From contig NC_058383.1 of the NCBI RefSeq assembly GCF_018350175.1, positions 7,504,001-7,568,000 on the forward strand: a DNA stretch of 64,000 nucleotides, given 5' to 3'. This DNA comes from Felis catus (Eukaryota). Positions 36,090 to 48,190 of the stretch are shown one piece after another. The notes below the pieces were generated by a model. It searched no databases. It was not told the origin of the DNA and saw only the letters and a program-made list of their open reading frames with translations. The translations under genes and the position numbers were made by a program. Positions within the stretch are counted from its first letter, which is position 1, and every line of letters starts with the position of its first letter.

Positions 36090-37630
36090 CATCTGTGTCC
36101 CTTTAAAGGTGAAAAATTTAAGACCTTCAAATGACCAAATTATAGTGAACATTTGGTTGCTCAGGGTATAGAGTTCCTCTCTCTAGATCCCAAGGTGAAT
36201 TCAAAAAGTACTGGGGGCTTGACTTAGTGTGTCCACAGCATGGCTAAATGTATTTTCAAACTATCTTTTGATATTTTTTGTTCCTTGTCTTCTATAAATG
36301 TGAATAATTCAGATGTGCTGTTCTGCAGCAACTACCTTTCCTATATATTGAGGGCAACATATTTTTTTCACTGTTTCCATCTTAACTCATCACCACCAAC
36401 CCCCTAAGTCTATTTATTCTAGGAAAAAAGGCAAGTGGGATATTGAGGGAGAAACACTGCAGCAAATTGGTCTTCTTTCTGATAATTCTAAATAGAAGCT
36501 AAAAACTGAATACAGTTAAGCTGAAAATGAATATTAATTTGATCAAAAATGACAAATACATTTTCTTCCAGACTCCAGAATTCTAAAAAAGATCATGAGA
36601 AGTCCCTATGAAGGTAATATAAATTACAAGATGAGCTATACTAAAAGGGGAAAAGCAAAATGAAAATTAGTGTATTTAAAATGACAAAATTTGATTTTTT
36701 TTAATGTATATCTACCTAATATGCTTAAACTTATCCACAAACTATCTATGGAAGAATACACAAGACACGAACCTCTAGGGAGTAGAACTGGGTGGCTGGG
36801 GGTGCTTTTTAACACACCCCCTTCTATATCTCTAGCATTTTGTAACATGCCTATATTACCACTTCAAAAGTGATTTTTTTTTTTTAAATTCCAAATTCCT
36901 TAGAGTGTTTTGATCCACCTAAAAATGCAAAAATTTTCCAGTATTTAGGTTCAAATCATTATCTAAACCTATACTGACCTCTCTAGGCCAAAGTGTGTTA
37001 CTGGAGCTCCAACCAACTGGATAAAATCATGGATCCTTAACAAAATAAAGTAAATCTATAAGCAGTGATACATAATAGTTCCCCTTAATCTAGAGTGGAG
37101 GATGTGATGAAGAACATTACTTTTAAAGAAAATCTCTAACCTGGTTAATAGAGAAAGAAAAGCCAGGAGTCACTCACTTTATGACAACTCAAGTCTCTGG
37201 TCCTCTGTTCCAGATGAATTTTCTCCTTCCACATAAGGAATATTAAAACAAAGCACAAAGAGAGAGAGAGATTTTTAAAACCAGACAGTTAATAAGCACA
37301 CAAAATACCACCAACTTTCATTCTGACTAGCTATTAAATAACTGGGGGCTCTAGAACATTTGAGGGGTTTTGTTTTTGTTTTTACTTCAAACGAAACAGA
37401 GAGGGAGAAAATTCAATAAAGTTTTAAGTATGAAAGTAAAAGAAAGTTCCATAAGTCAGATCCACCACTCAACATAAGAAAGGAGGATGAATAAGAACAG
37501 AAAAAGAACTTAGAAATAATGAATGAAGGGAACCAAGGTAAGGCGAATGAGGTGTTCCAAAAAAGAGTAAGTTTTCTTTCGCTTAGAACACTGAAAGCCA
37601 TCAGTGATTTTAAGTTGAAATCATCTCCTT

Positions 37631-38088
37631 CAGCAGTTTTCAAAGTGTGATCCAAAGACCCCTGGGGGCCCCCTCCCTGTTCCAACTGCTTATCTGTATT
37701 AGGCTGGATTTTCTCATACATTTCAACCAAAACAAGATATCATAACAGACTGAAATCAGAAACAGATGAAAATCCAGCTGTCTTCTATTAGCCAGACATG
37801 AAAGAGACTTGCAAAACTGTAAAACACCACCATTCTTTGCACTAAATTTTCTTTCATTTAGGAAAAATATGTTTTCCATAAAGTTATTTAGGTCAACATA
37901 TCATTATCATTTACTATTAATTATAACTTATGATTTTAAAATTAATAATTTAATATTTTCCCCATTTATTCTAATATGTTAATATCAACATAAATAAAAG
38001 ATACATAGCTATTAACCAATCTTTGGAGTCCTTTGTAACTTTTAAGAACACAAGAGGGTTCTGAGACCAATAAGCTTGAGAACTGATC
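37631..38088. mobile_element. hAT-Charlie DNA transposon remnant
   Basis: Ends cagcagttttcaaagtgtgatcc..gacccctggggg and gggttctgagacc..aagcttgagaac; internal Charlie transposase-end-like sequence. Confidence 0.65.
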
Positions 38089-39649
38089 TAGCTAAACAAC
38101 AATTCAGTCTTGTCAATATTTTTCCAAAACCATTAATCCCCCTCCCCCCCACTTAGAATGTGTTCACAAATTTCTCTCTCTTAACTACCCAGTTATTCCC
38201 TCTTTATATTGTTCCTGGACTCCTTGGTTGAAGAGAATAAAAGCAAACCTGTTAGAATTGTCCTCAGACACACAGTCCACACAGACTCCATGAACCTAGA
38301 AAAGTATATTTAAAATCTCCTTTATGTTTGGGTGCCTGGGTGGCTTAGTCAGTCAGGCTTCCAACTCTAGTTCATGATCTTGAAGTTCATGGGTTTTGAG
38401 CCCTGCCTCAGGCTTGTTGCTGACAGCTTGGAACCTGGAGCCTGCTTCAGATTCTGTGTCTCTGTCTCTCTCTGCCCTTCCCTCACTCATGCTCTGTCTC
38501 TCTCAAAAATAAACATAAAAAAAATTTTTTTTAATCTCCTTTATGCTGAGTCTGATTTCCTTTTGGCATTAATGTCTAATGGCACGTGGACTCCTGCTTA
38601 CTTTCATGCCACCATTAAGGGTCTCATACTCTTCTTATCAACTGAGCTAGTCAGGCAACTCATGCCACCATTAAGAACCATAGAGTTTATTTCCTTCCCC
38701 CCGCCTTTCCTTTTTTTTCTTCCTCAGCAAGCATGATTTCACAAGAGTGTAAAAACAGGATTCCAGCTACTTTCACTACCCATACCTAACATAACAAGAT
38801 ATTTACTGTGGTAACTACCTGAACTAAACCTTGTACAGAATCCTATCAATAAATTAATGGGGGAGAGGGGGGGGGGTGTGCCTGGGTCGCTCAGTTAAGC
38901 CCCCCTCTCTAGATTTCGGCTTAGGTCATGACCTCACAGCTCATGAGATTCAAACACCCTCCACCCCACCTCCCGACCCTCACCTCAAGCCTGCTTGGGA
39001 TTCTCTCTCCCTCTCTGCCCCTCCCCCACACGTGCGCCCACGCATGCCCTCTCTCAAAATAAATAAGCTCTTTAAAAAATAAATTCATGGTGAATTTAAA
39101 AAATAAATTCATGGTGATTCAAAGGGCAAGGAAGCACAAAGATATGGCCACTAAGCACCAAAACACAGGCTTTCTTTCCGGAGTGCTGATATTCTAAACC
39201 TTGCTGTCTGCCGACGGCAACACTTCCACAGGTGCCGCTTACCCACCTCACATCCGCCTTTGTGTGTTGTTTTCACATTCCCAGGAACCCCTAAATCCCC
39301 GCTCCATCTCCCCTCACATGGGTGCCAAGGTCTGAAACTCTAACTCCGCCTTTCAAACCTGCGGTTAGAACTCTTGGTGATCCCCATTTTCCCTCTTTTC
39401 TCTCACCAATTCTCTCTTAAGGGCAGCAATTAATACCGGAGTTACCAGAGTCAAAAGTCCTTGATTCCCCTCAATGGGTAAGACAGTACCTTTCTAGCTT
39501 CTCTTCCACCTCAAGAACACCCCGCCCCAGGAGATTATTTCCCTCAGCTTCCCGCCTGAGCCCGCACCCCCACCCCTGAAGGAAGCACCAGAATCCTCAT
39601 TCCCGCTCACTCCGTCCTTGCCCTCCAGGATATTGGATTACTTTTGTTT

Positions 39650-42300
39650 GTTGAGGGTAGGTTTGCGGGCGGGGGGGGGGGGGGGCGGAGGGGGTGGAAA
39701 TTCTAAGGAGGGGTAAAAGTTCGTTGTCGCCCTCAAGAGAAAACTTCTCCTCAGGAGACAGAGGACTAGCAGAGCCCAGCCCTTTCATCTACAACCAGAG
39801 AAGAGCCAGCTACCTTCTGGAGCAAGGAGGGCCTAAAGACGAGGAGCAGAGTGAGCCACTGCAGCAGTTCTGCAAGCCCCCCAACCTCGGCTCAGTTTTC
39901 CCGCCAACAAGGAAAGGCGCGAGGCCACGCACAAGCACCGTTCCCACCCCAGGGGAGTGGTCCGGGGACTGAAGCGCAAGCGCAGCTGAAGCTGCTTCTG
40001 CGTTTGCGCAGCTGTCATTTCCGCCATCTTCCAACCAAATGACACGTAAAACTACAAATCCCATAATCCTCGATGGCCTCACTTTCTTAGGCGACAGGAG
40101 CAGCGCCTGATCGTTCGTGAAGCACATCTTCCGTTTACTAACTTTTCCGTCTGTCCCATACTGCCTTTTCCTTCCTCCTTTCGTTTCTTGATTCCTAATC
40201 TAACTTTTAGTTTCCTCCACGCCCTATATTGATATTTTAGTTGAGACTATCCGCAAGCCCACTCTCGCCTCTCCCGCCTTCTCTGCCACCAGGACCCGCT
40301 CCCTAAGCCCTGGCGGCAGGGAGAACGCGCAACCTGTGGAAAGGGCGCCGAATAGCTTCTTCCCCATTGGCCGAGGCAGGGGGCCCAAAGCAGACCAACC
40401 CTCTTCCCCGCCCACACTCGTTTTTATATAAGGCTGCACGAAGACACCGTGTGCTTGGGAAGGCCTGCGTGCGAGGTGGCGGTGGTAGTAGGGGGTGTAC
40501 TGCTATTGGTGGCCGTGGTGGGCGTCGGGTCGCAGTCCGAGGGCTGGGGGGATCGCACACAGGCGTTGGGTGGTGGGAGGGGGTGTTGGTGCCAGGGCTG
40601 TAAGTGTGGAGGCGAAAAGGAGGGCGTGGTGTCCTCAGGTGATCGCGATTGGGGGAAGGCGGAGGAGCGAGAGAACGACTCGGCCGTTTCGGGGGAAGAG
40701 GAAGTTGGACAACATCGGCTGTTTTAGTGCCTTTTTTTTTTTTTTTTTTTTTTTCAGTTCAGCAGAGAATATTTCTCAGGGGGGTGAGTTACAATGACTT
40801 ATTGTATTTCGCTGAGGACAGTTTGTAGGAAAGCCGTCTGTACGCTCCTCTCCTTCTCTTCCTCTACTTTTAGGTTTACCCCTCCGTTCCCTCGGAAGCC
40901 TTTCTAAGTAGGTAGGCGGGGGGGGGGGGGGGGACCAAATATGAATAATTCATGAGGTCCGCCCCGCTCTTTTGGCCACGCCCCTTCGGATCGTGCTGAC
41001 GCGCTTGCGTGAACCAAATCTGAGGAAGCGACGTAACAGTTCCCGCCTCTAGGGTGGAGGGCGGGGTGTCATCTCCAGCACGTGCTGTTTCTACCCGCGC
41101 AAGCCCAAAGGGTGTGCGCAGGCGCTGCCCGCCAGGGGGAGGAAGGAGGCGGGGTAGGGAGGTTGCTGGGTTTAGAGCCGGGCGGAGACCGCTGAGACTC
41201 ATTCCTCAGGAACAAGGGTCGGGTGTCAAGGAGACCTTTTCACACCAGCTCCCCGTCCCCCGCCTACGGTGGGTGGGATCGCGCGGCAGAGACAAAGGAT
41301 ATCAGTAGGGACGGACATAGCTGCGAAGGGAAGTAGGGTGTCAATTTGGGGTGGTGGGCTTTGGGGAGGGCTGAGGTGGGCTATATTTAAACTCCCAGAG
41401 CCGTTAAGTTGGTTCGTACTCTGATGCGCGCGCAACCAGGGTGGTGGCGGAGTGCGCATGCGTGGTTCAGGGGCAAGAGGAACGCGCTCTAGCAGTGCGC
41501 GCTCGCGGCGAAGCGGTAGTGGTAGAGGAGAAAGAGCTCGGCGCACGCGCGGTTGACTCCTCGAGTTGTTCGGTTCTCGCGGGCATCTTGTTTTGGTCTC
41601 GCGGGCGAGTGGGGCGCGCTTCGGGGGAGGCGCGAGACCAGGCGAGAAGAGCAGAGCTGCGCGCGCACTCGGGGAAGGGGGGGGGGAAGAGAGCGGGCTT
41701 TAGGGAGGGGGTTAAGCCCCCTAGTCCCCTCTTCGTTGCCCTCGCCTGGGACGGAATAAGGGGAGGAAATGATCGAGATGGCGGCGGAGAAGGAGCCGTT
41801 TCTGGTGCCGGCCCCGCCGCCGCCGCCGCTCAAAGAGGAGTCGGGCGGAGGGGGCGGCCCCACGGTGCAACCGCACCGAGAGGCCGCCTCCGGGGAGCTC
41901 TGCGGCGGGACGCAGCGTGGGCCGGGCCCGCGCGCTCATTCGGCGGGGACCCCGGCTTCTGGGGCTGGCAAGGAGAGTCCTGGGGCTACATCCACTCGGG
42001 GAGGCCAGTCGCAGCAGCATCGAGGGGACAGCCCCCAGGCGCAGTCGCACGGGGAGGCCCGCTTGTCCGATCCCCACGGGCGAGCCGCTCCCCCTGACGT
42101 TGGGGAGGAGCGACGGGGAGGGGGCGGAACAGAACTGGGTCCCCCTGCCCCTCCTCGGCCCCGTAATGGCTATCAGCCCCACCGGCCCCCTGGGGGAGGT
42201 GGGGGCAAAAGGAGAAATAGTTGTAATGTAGGAGGGGGTGGTGGAGGCTTCAAACATCCAGCCTTCAAGAGGCGCAGGCGGGTTAATTCGGACTGTGATT
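39650..42300. promoter_or_regulatory. CpG island / bidirectional promoter of ZCWPW1 (-) and MEPCE (+)
   Basis: CpG-rich. YY1 CCGCCATCTT 40021-40030; ZNF143/THAP11-type ACTACAAATCCCA 40051-40063; ATTGG 40366-40370; GC box 40406-40413; TATATAA 40425-40431; NRF1-type TGCGCAGGCGC about 41115 and TGCGCATGCG about 41453. Confidence 0.88.
39814..40030 (-). other. ZCWPW1: Probable non-coding first exon of ZCWPW1
   Basis: Starts near a YY1-type AAGATGGCGG at the CpG island edge; candidate donor AAG|gtagct at 39813. The TSS is inferred. Confidence 0.5.
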
Positions 42301-43439
42301 CTGTGTTACCCTCCAACTTTCTCCTGGGAGGCAATATCTTTGATCCACTGAACCTGAATAGTCTCCTGGATGAGGAAGTGAGCCGCGCACTCAATGCAGA
42401 GACCCCTAAGTCATCTCCACTTCCGGCCAAGGGGCGAGATCCAGTGGAGATCCTCATCCCCAAAGATATTACTGACCCGCTCAGTCTCAATACTTGCACT
42501 GATGAGGCCCAGGTAGTACTTGCATCGCCACTCAAGACTGGTCGGAAGCGGCATAGACACCGGGGACAGCACCACCAGCAGCAGCAGGCATCTGGAGGGA
42601 ATGATAGCCACTCTGTACTTCCCACAGCCCCCCTCACTCCCTCACTCCATGGGGAGGGCACCACACAGCAGCAGCGGCATAGGGGCCAGAACCGGGATGC
42701 CCCCCAGCCCTATGAACTCAACACAGCCATCAACTGCAGGGATGAGGTCGTGTCTCCCCTTCCATCTGCCCTACAGGGTCCCTCAGGCTCCCTTTCAGCC
42801 CCTCCAGCTGCCTCAGTTACCTCTGCACCCCCGTCTTCCTCCTCACGACATCGCAAACGTCGCAGGACTTCCAGCAAGTCAGAGGCAGGGGCCAGGGGTG
42901 GAGGCCAGGTTCCCAAGGAAAAGGGCCGGGGGAGTGGGGGAGGCCGCCACCACCACCACCTCTACCCACTACCTGCAGCAATCTTCAAAAAGCAACAGTG
43001 CAAGTTCCAGTATGGGAATTATTGCAAGTACTATGGTTACCGCAATCCTTCCTGTGAGGATGGGCGCCTGCGAGTGTTGAAGCCTGAGTGGTTTCGGGGT
43101 CGGGACGTCCTAGATCTGGGCTGCAATGTGGGCCACCTCACCCTGAGCATTGCCTGTAAGTGGGGCCCATCCCTCATGGTGGGCCTGGATATCGATTCCC
43201 GGCTCATCCACTCTGCCCGCCAAAACATCCGACACTACCTGTCAGAGGAGCTGCGTCTGCCACCCCAGACTTCTGAGGGGGACCCAGGGGCAGAGAGTGA
43301 GGAAGGGACCACAACCGTCCGAAAGAGAAGCTGCTTCCCAGCCTCACTGACAGCTAGCCGGGGTCCCATTGCTGCACCCCAAGTGCCCTTGGATGGAGCA
43401 GACACATCAGTCTTCCCCAACAATGTTGTCTTCGTCACG
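41769..43439 (+). CDS. MEPCE: MEPCE coding exon 1
   Basis: 557 codons, ends GTCACG|gtaagg. Confidence 0.97.
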
Positions 43440-45699
43440 GTAAGGGGGTCTGAAGGCTCTTGGGATAGGGGCCAGGTGTGAAGATGAGATTAAATAGGAA
43501 CAAAACAGAGGAAAGTTATGACCCAGAGGGATTTCTGCATGCACTCCTTGCTGGGAGAACCAGATCAAGAGAGGGGTCTGAATCTGTGACTGCCTCTGCT
43601 GAGTGGCACTTTCCAATCATCTGGAAAGCTGGGGGCTCTACCTGGGCTCCTTTGTCATGACTGCTGGCCCCAAGATGGGGTCTGACTCCTTTTGCCCTGC
43701 TCCTGGCCTGGCCTGTAATCCAGACTGAAAGTTTGCTCTCCAACCCACTGAATAAAGGTGCATTAAGGGATAGGTGTCAGACATGGAATGTCTCGGGGTG
43801 GGAGGAGGAGGAGGGTAGTGGCTGACTAATATTTTGAGAGGGACTTAGATCCAGATTTGGTTGAAGAGTGTTGGTGATCAGGACCCGAAGTGTCTTGGCC
43901 TTAGATCATCTCATGTTGACCCTAGATGGTGGAATGGGGAAGAGTCAAAGTCCTCTGCAGGAGGAGGGGGGTATTGTGTCTTCAGTGTCTGTCTCCTGAC
44001 TGCACATAGCTCTCCATAAAACATTCCAGTTAGGCCGTCTGCAGGAACAGTTGGCAATGTGTTGGGTTAAGCCTGCAAGAATGGACTTTGCAGAGGGTGT
44101 TGATGAGCTTATCATCTAGAAAAGGTTTCCTAAGGGATGGGGCTCTTCACTTCTCTCAGAGAAAGGAAACAGGCCTGGAACTCTGCCAGCTTCAACTACA
44201 GGGAAGGAACTACAGGTTCCCTTTCAAACCTGAGTTAGGTCCTTTTGCAACGTTGAGTCACTCAGCTGACTTGAGTGGTCTCCCAGGTCAATGTTTGTGG
44301 GGTGGAAATAAGTACTGGATGGAGTCTCCCGAGAATCTGTGTTTTTTCTGTGAAGTTTCACACCAGTTTTGGAGACCTTGTGGGTAATTTGCTCAGTTTA
44401 AAATTATTCAAGCTCCTTTTTTATGTTTGGCTTACCACCAACAGAAAAGGGCAGGAGGGTGGAAAGCAAGAAAATGAGACTTGGGGCCCCCACGCTGGCT
44501 CAGTCGATACCATGGGACTCTTGGTCTCCAGGTTGTGAGTTCAAGCCCCATGTTGGATGTGAAGCCTACTTAAAGTTAAAGAAAAAAAAAAAAAACAAAA
44601 CAAAACTTGGGGAGGGGGCGGTGCCTGGGTGGCTCAGTCAGTTAAAGTCTGACTCTGGAATTTGGCTCAGGTCATGATCTCACAGTTTGTGAGTTCAAGC
44701 CCCGTGTTGGGCTCTGTGCTGGCAGTGCAGAACCTGCTTGTGATTCTCTCTCTCCCTCGCTCTCTCTCTCCCTCCCTTTCTCTCTCAAAATAAATAAACT
44801 TTACAAAAAGAAAAAAAGAAAATGAGACTCAAAGAGGGCACCATTTGGGAGTTAGTCTCACAAGTGTCAGAGAAGATTGTGGCCAAGGGCTAAGGTGAGG
44901 CTGTAGGACTTTCTGTCTTAGAGGCTACAGGGTGGGTTGTGTGGGGGCAGTGGTTCTTTTATTGCCTCTGTTGACCTTGCTCCCAATTCTTGCCCTCAGG
45001 GTAACTATGTCCTGGATCGAGATGAGCTGGTGGAGGCCCAAACACCAGAGTATGACGTCGTGCTCTGCCTCAGCCTCACCAAGTGGGTGCACCTGAATTG
45101 GGGAGATGAGGGGCTAAAGCGCATGTTTCGCAGGATCTACCGGCATCTACGTCCTGGGGGCATCCTGGTCTTAGAACCCCAACCTTGGTCATCTTATGGC
45201 AAGAGAAAGACTCTCTCGGTGAGTTGGGATTTTGGTGGAAATTGGGATATCCTTCCTTTAGTTGAGACAAGAAAGGCCTCAAGGAAGCAGAAAGAGAAGT
45301 ACTTTCTGAACAAGGTGAATAGGCCCCCTGGGTGGGCATCATTCCACGCCAGGGAAAAGCCAGCAAACTGAAGTGGTCCCCTGCCCTTCTCCCTAGGAAA
45401 CAATCTATAAGAACTACTTTCGAATCCAGCTGAGGCCAGAGCAGTTCACTTCCTACCTGACCTCCCCAGAGGTGGGCTTCTCCAGCTATGAGCTTGTGGC
45501 TACACCCCACAACACCTCCAGAGGTAAGGTTGGCTGATTTGGTGAGAATGGGGAGGGATGTCGAGGCTGACCCTGAAAGAAAACTACAGACCCTGTGGAG
45601 TCTTGAAGTCCTGCCAACCCCTACTAATTGCATACTCTCTCCTCAGGCTTCCAACGTTCTGTGTACCTGTTCCACAAGGCCCGTTCCCCCAGCCACTAA
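41769..45699 (+). CDS. MEPCE: 7SK snRNA methylphosphate capping enzyme (Bin3-type SAM methyltransferase), 689 aa. Exons 41769-43439, 45000-45218, 45397-45523, 45647-45699
   Basis: [18 protein letters not shown] start; [45 protein letters not shown] motif [16 protein letters not shown]; ends HKARSPSH*. Exon lengths 1671+219+127+53 = 2070 nt. Confidence 0.98.
44483..44820 (+). mobile_element. Two SINEC copies in MEPCE intron 1
   Basis: Outer TSD AAGAAAATGAGACT flanks both. Confidence 0.85.
45000..45218 (+). CDS. MEPCE: MEPCE coding exon 2
   Basis: [11 protein letters not shown]...[20 protein letters not shown]|gtgagt. Confidence 0.97.
45397..45523 (+). CDS. MEPCE: MEPCE coding exon 3
   Basis: [42 protein letters not shown]. 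Confidence 0.96.
45647..45699 (+). CDS. MEPCE: MEPCE coding exon 4
   Basis: [17 protein letters not shown]; branch-point-like tactaat upstream. Confidence 0.96.
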
Positions 45700-46218
45700 G
45701 TGGCCCCCTGAACAGAAAGTGTGAAGAAGCTACCCACTGCTCTTAAGGACCTGGGGGAAAAGGAAAGTACCCCAAGGTCTTTCCTTTTTGGCTCCAAAAA
45801 TCGTTTCCTTTCTCGGATCTACAAAGAAAGCTTCTCCTATGTTGCTGCCCCAGCCTCCTCCCTCCACCTCTGCAGCAAGCCCATCCGTGCTGGAGTTACT
45901 GACATCTTCCTCTCCACCCTTCCCCACCACCCCCCAGCTTACTGGGCTGGATGGCATGGACTGTTTGCTGACCTGTTCTCCTCGGGTATGGGAGGTGGGG
46001 GGTATCAAGTTCTCTAGCCTCTTCCTTCTGTTCTCCAAAGGAGATTCCCATTTCTCCTCAGCCCTTGTCCCTAGCTGCGTTTCAGTGGACCACAGATAGA
46101 TGGACTGAGGGTTAAGAGGGGGAAGTTTGGCAGGGAAGCATGCAGGTACTGTGAAAATCGTTCCCTCTGCTGACCCCCATTGGGAGAGGGGGTTGGGTCT
46201 GGAATGTAAGAACAGCAC

Positions 46219-46224
46219 AATAAA
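46219..46224 (+). terminator. MEPCE polyadenylation signal AATAAA
   Basis: First AATAAA after the stop, followed by GT/T-rich sequence. Confidence 0.75.
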
Positions 46225-47084
46225 TTGATGTTCAGGGCAGTGGCCCCCACGCTGGTTTCTGGCACTTTCTAGTTGGTGGGGAAGGGATGGTGCTTCCCAG
46301 TAGAACCTGTGCTTCCTCTGCCCAAACAGAGTCTCAAGGAAGAGGACAGAGTTTTCAGTGAGTGTTGAATGCTAGTGACATCCACACACAGAACTCTAGT
46401 CTGGAAGAAGGGGTATAATGTGAATTCTTAAGTGGAAATTGAGAAAAGAGGCCATCTCCCCTCCCCAAAAAATCTCATTGACAAAAATTATTTTGTGGGA
46501 GCTTTGGACAAAGGCAAATTTACAACTTAGGAAAAATGAACAGTGGAGTTGAAGTAGAACTAGAAAAAAGGCAGTATGGACCAGACTGCCCACCTGCTCC
46601 AGGATTACCCACCCACCTGTTTTGTAATGTGCAACTAGATGAATAGGCAATTTAACATGAAGCTCTTTAGCAGCTTGTCAAGCTGTTTCTGGAACTTGGA
46701 ATATTCATTCAACAACTATTGAGCTCTCGTGGATGTGGTGAAACAAGCTGAGAAGGCTCTAAGAGGTAGAAGCAAGGAATTAATTTAAATAACTGGGTGT
46801 GAATGGCTAGTTGCCTTGCAGGCTCCTTGAGCCTTTAGGGAAGAAGGCCTCCCTAAAGGGTTACAGACTGAGACCCACATGTTAAAGTGACCCGAAATAA
46901 GTAGCGCAAAGGAACAAATGCAGTGTCTGTGACTGAAGGGGGTGGGGAGGGTGGGACAGTGTTAACTTGCTAGCACTACCAAGTTCCTAAAAGACCAAAA
47001 ACTTGACTTCCAGACAGCTTCCAACCTGAGGCTTGACCTCATTTTAAGGCTCCCAAGAAGAGTCCCATTTGTTAGCAAAGCCAC

Positions 47085-47090
47085 TTTATT
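47085..47090 (-). terminator. PPP1R35 polyadenylation signal AATAAA
   Basis: tttatt on + strand, 55 nt past the stop. Confidence 0.75.
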
Positions 47091-47145
47091 TTGAAAAAGT
47101 TTTTAACACAAATATACGAACTAGCAATCCCGGGAGCCTTCACGT

Positions 47146-48190
47146 CTACGCTTCCCATCGCCTCAGTGTCCGGTGCATGAGAAAGGTATCTTCTGAAGGG
47201 CGGGGCCGGAGTTGGAGACGCAGAGGAGGCAGACCGTCCACGGTCAGGTGTGGAGACTCATAAAATAATGTTTCTGGGTCACAAAGGATGGTCATGTCTG
47301 GCCCTGGCCCAGGTGGCTCCTGTTGGGAATTGGGAGCCCAAAGTGAGGTTACACTCGGGAAGGGGAGGAGGGCACAAGGCCGAAACTCAAGCCCAGGTCC
47401 CTCACCTTTGGGGGCGGGGCTCGTGCCTGCGGTGGTAGGAGCGCCAGTTTCTCCCTCAGCGCCGCGTTCAGAACCTGTTCCTCCGGCACCTGCAGGCTCA
47501 CCAGGTCTCGGAAGAGCCGCTTGGAGCGCGGCACGTTCAGCCCTGAGACCGCAGGGGGAGCGGAGATGAGCGGCGCCTCTCAACCCCACTCCCGCGCCCC
47601 GTCGGCCGTCTCTCTCTCACCCTCGGCCACGCTTTCCTCCAGGCCGCAGCGGGTCTGGAACGACTTTCTCAGCTGTTCCTCCACGGCCTTCGCGGCATCG
47701 AACTGGCCCTCGGCGGCAGCCCGCGCGGCCTGCAACTCGAGGCTCAATGCCAGGCTGCTCTGCTGCGCGGGCGCCCCCAGGTCCTGCGGCGCCGAGAGCT
47801 TCTCGCTGGGTGCGGCGGCGGCCAGCAGCGGCTCGGACCGCACAGGGGAGAGCGGTGCCAAGCGAAAGCGTACCTGGGAGCAGAGAGTGGGGCGGTGAAG
47901 AGGTGGGCGCGGGCTCGTCTGCGGGCTGGCGGGCAGGCCTTCCCCCAGCTCACCTGCCGCCCCTTGCGGGCCCCGCCCCGCCGGTCCGCCCGCCCCTTCC
48001 GCCGCCCAGGGCTGCAGGTCGGCCGTTCGGGGGTCTCGGACCGTGGGCTCAGGCTCAGGCTCAAGTCCAGGCCAGGCTCGGGAACTGGGGCTCTGGGCTC
48101 CGGGGCGCGCGGTTCCGGGGGTGGCCCTGGGGCCGCCACGGCCTCCTCCCCTTCGACCAATTCCAGCCCTGGCTCCTCACAGCCCATCAT
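47146..48190 (-). CDS. PPP1R35: Protein phosphatase 1 regulatory subunit 35 (centriolar protein), 266 aa. Exons 48190-47954, 47873-47621, 47542-47406, 47319-47146
   Basis: MMGCEEPGL start; RQVRF RVxF-type motif across exons 1/2; [39 protein letters not shown]; ends [14 protein letters not shown]. Exon lengths 237+253+137+174 = 801 nt. Confidence 0.97.

Noticed and set aside
37178..37250. Possible ZCWPW1 5'UTR exon (donor gtgagt on minus at 37177)
   Set aside because: No clear AG directly after the pyrimidine tract; cannot be supported without transcripts.
41441..43438. Long alternative-frame and antisense ORFs over MEPCE exon 1 (similar ones over PPP1R35)
   Set aside because: Expected stop-codon scarcity in GC-rich coding or CpG-island DNA; no recognisable motifs.
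43440..43481. Tail of the 570-aa ORF ([13 protein letters not shown])
   Set aside because: Read-through into intron 1 past the gtaagg donor; the true CDS continues at 45000.
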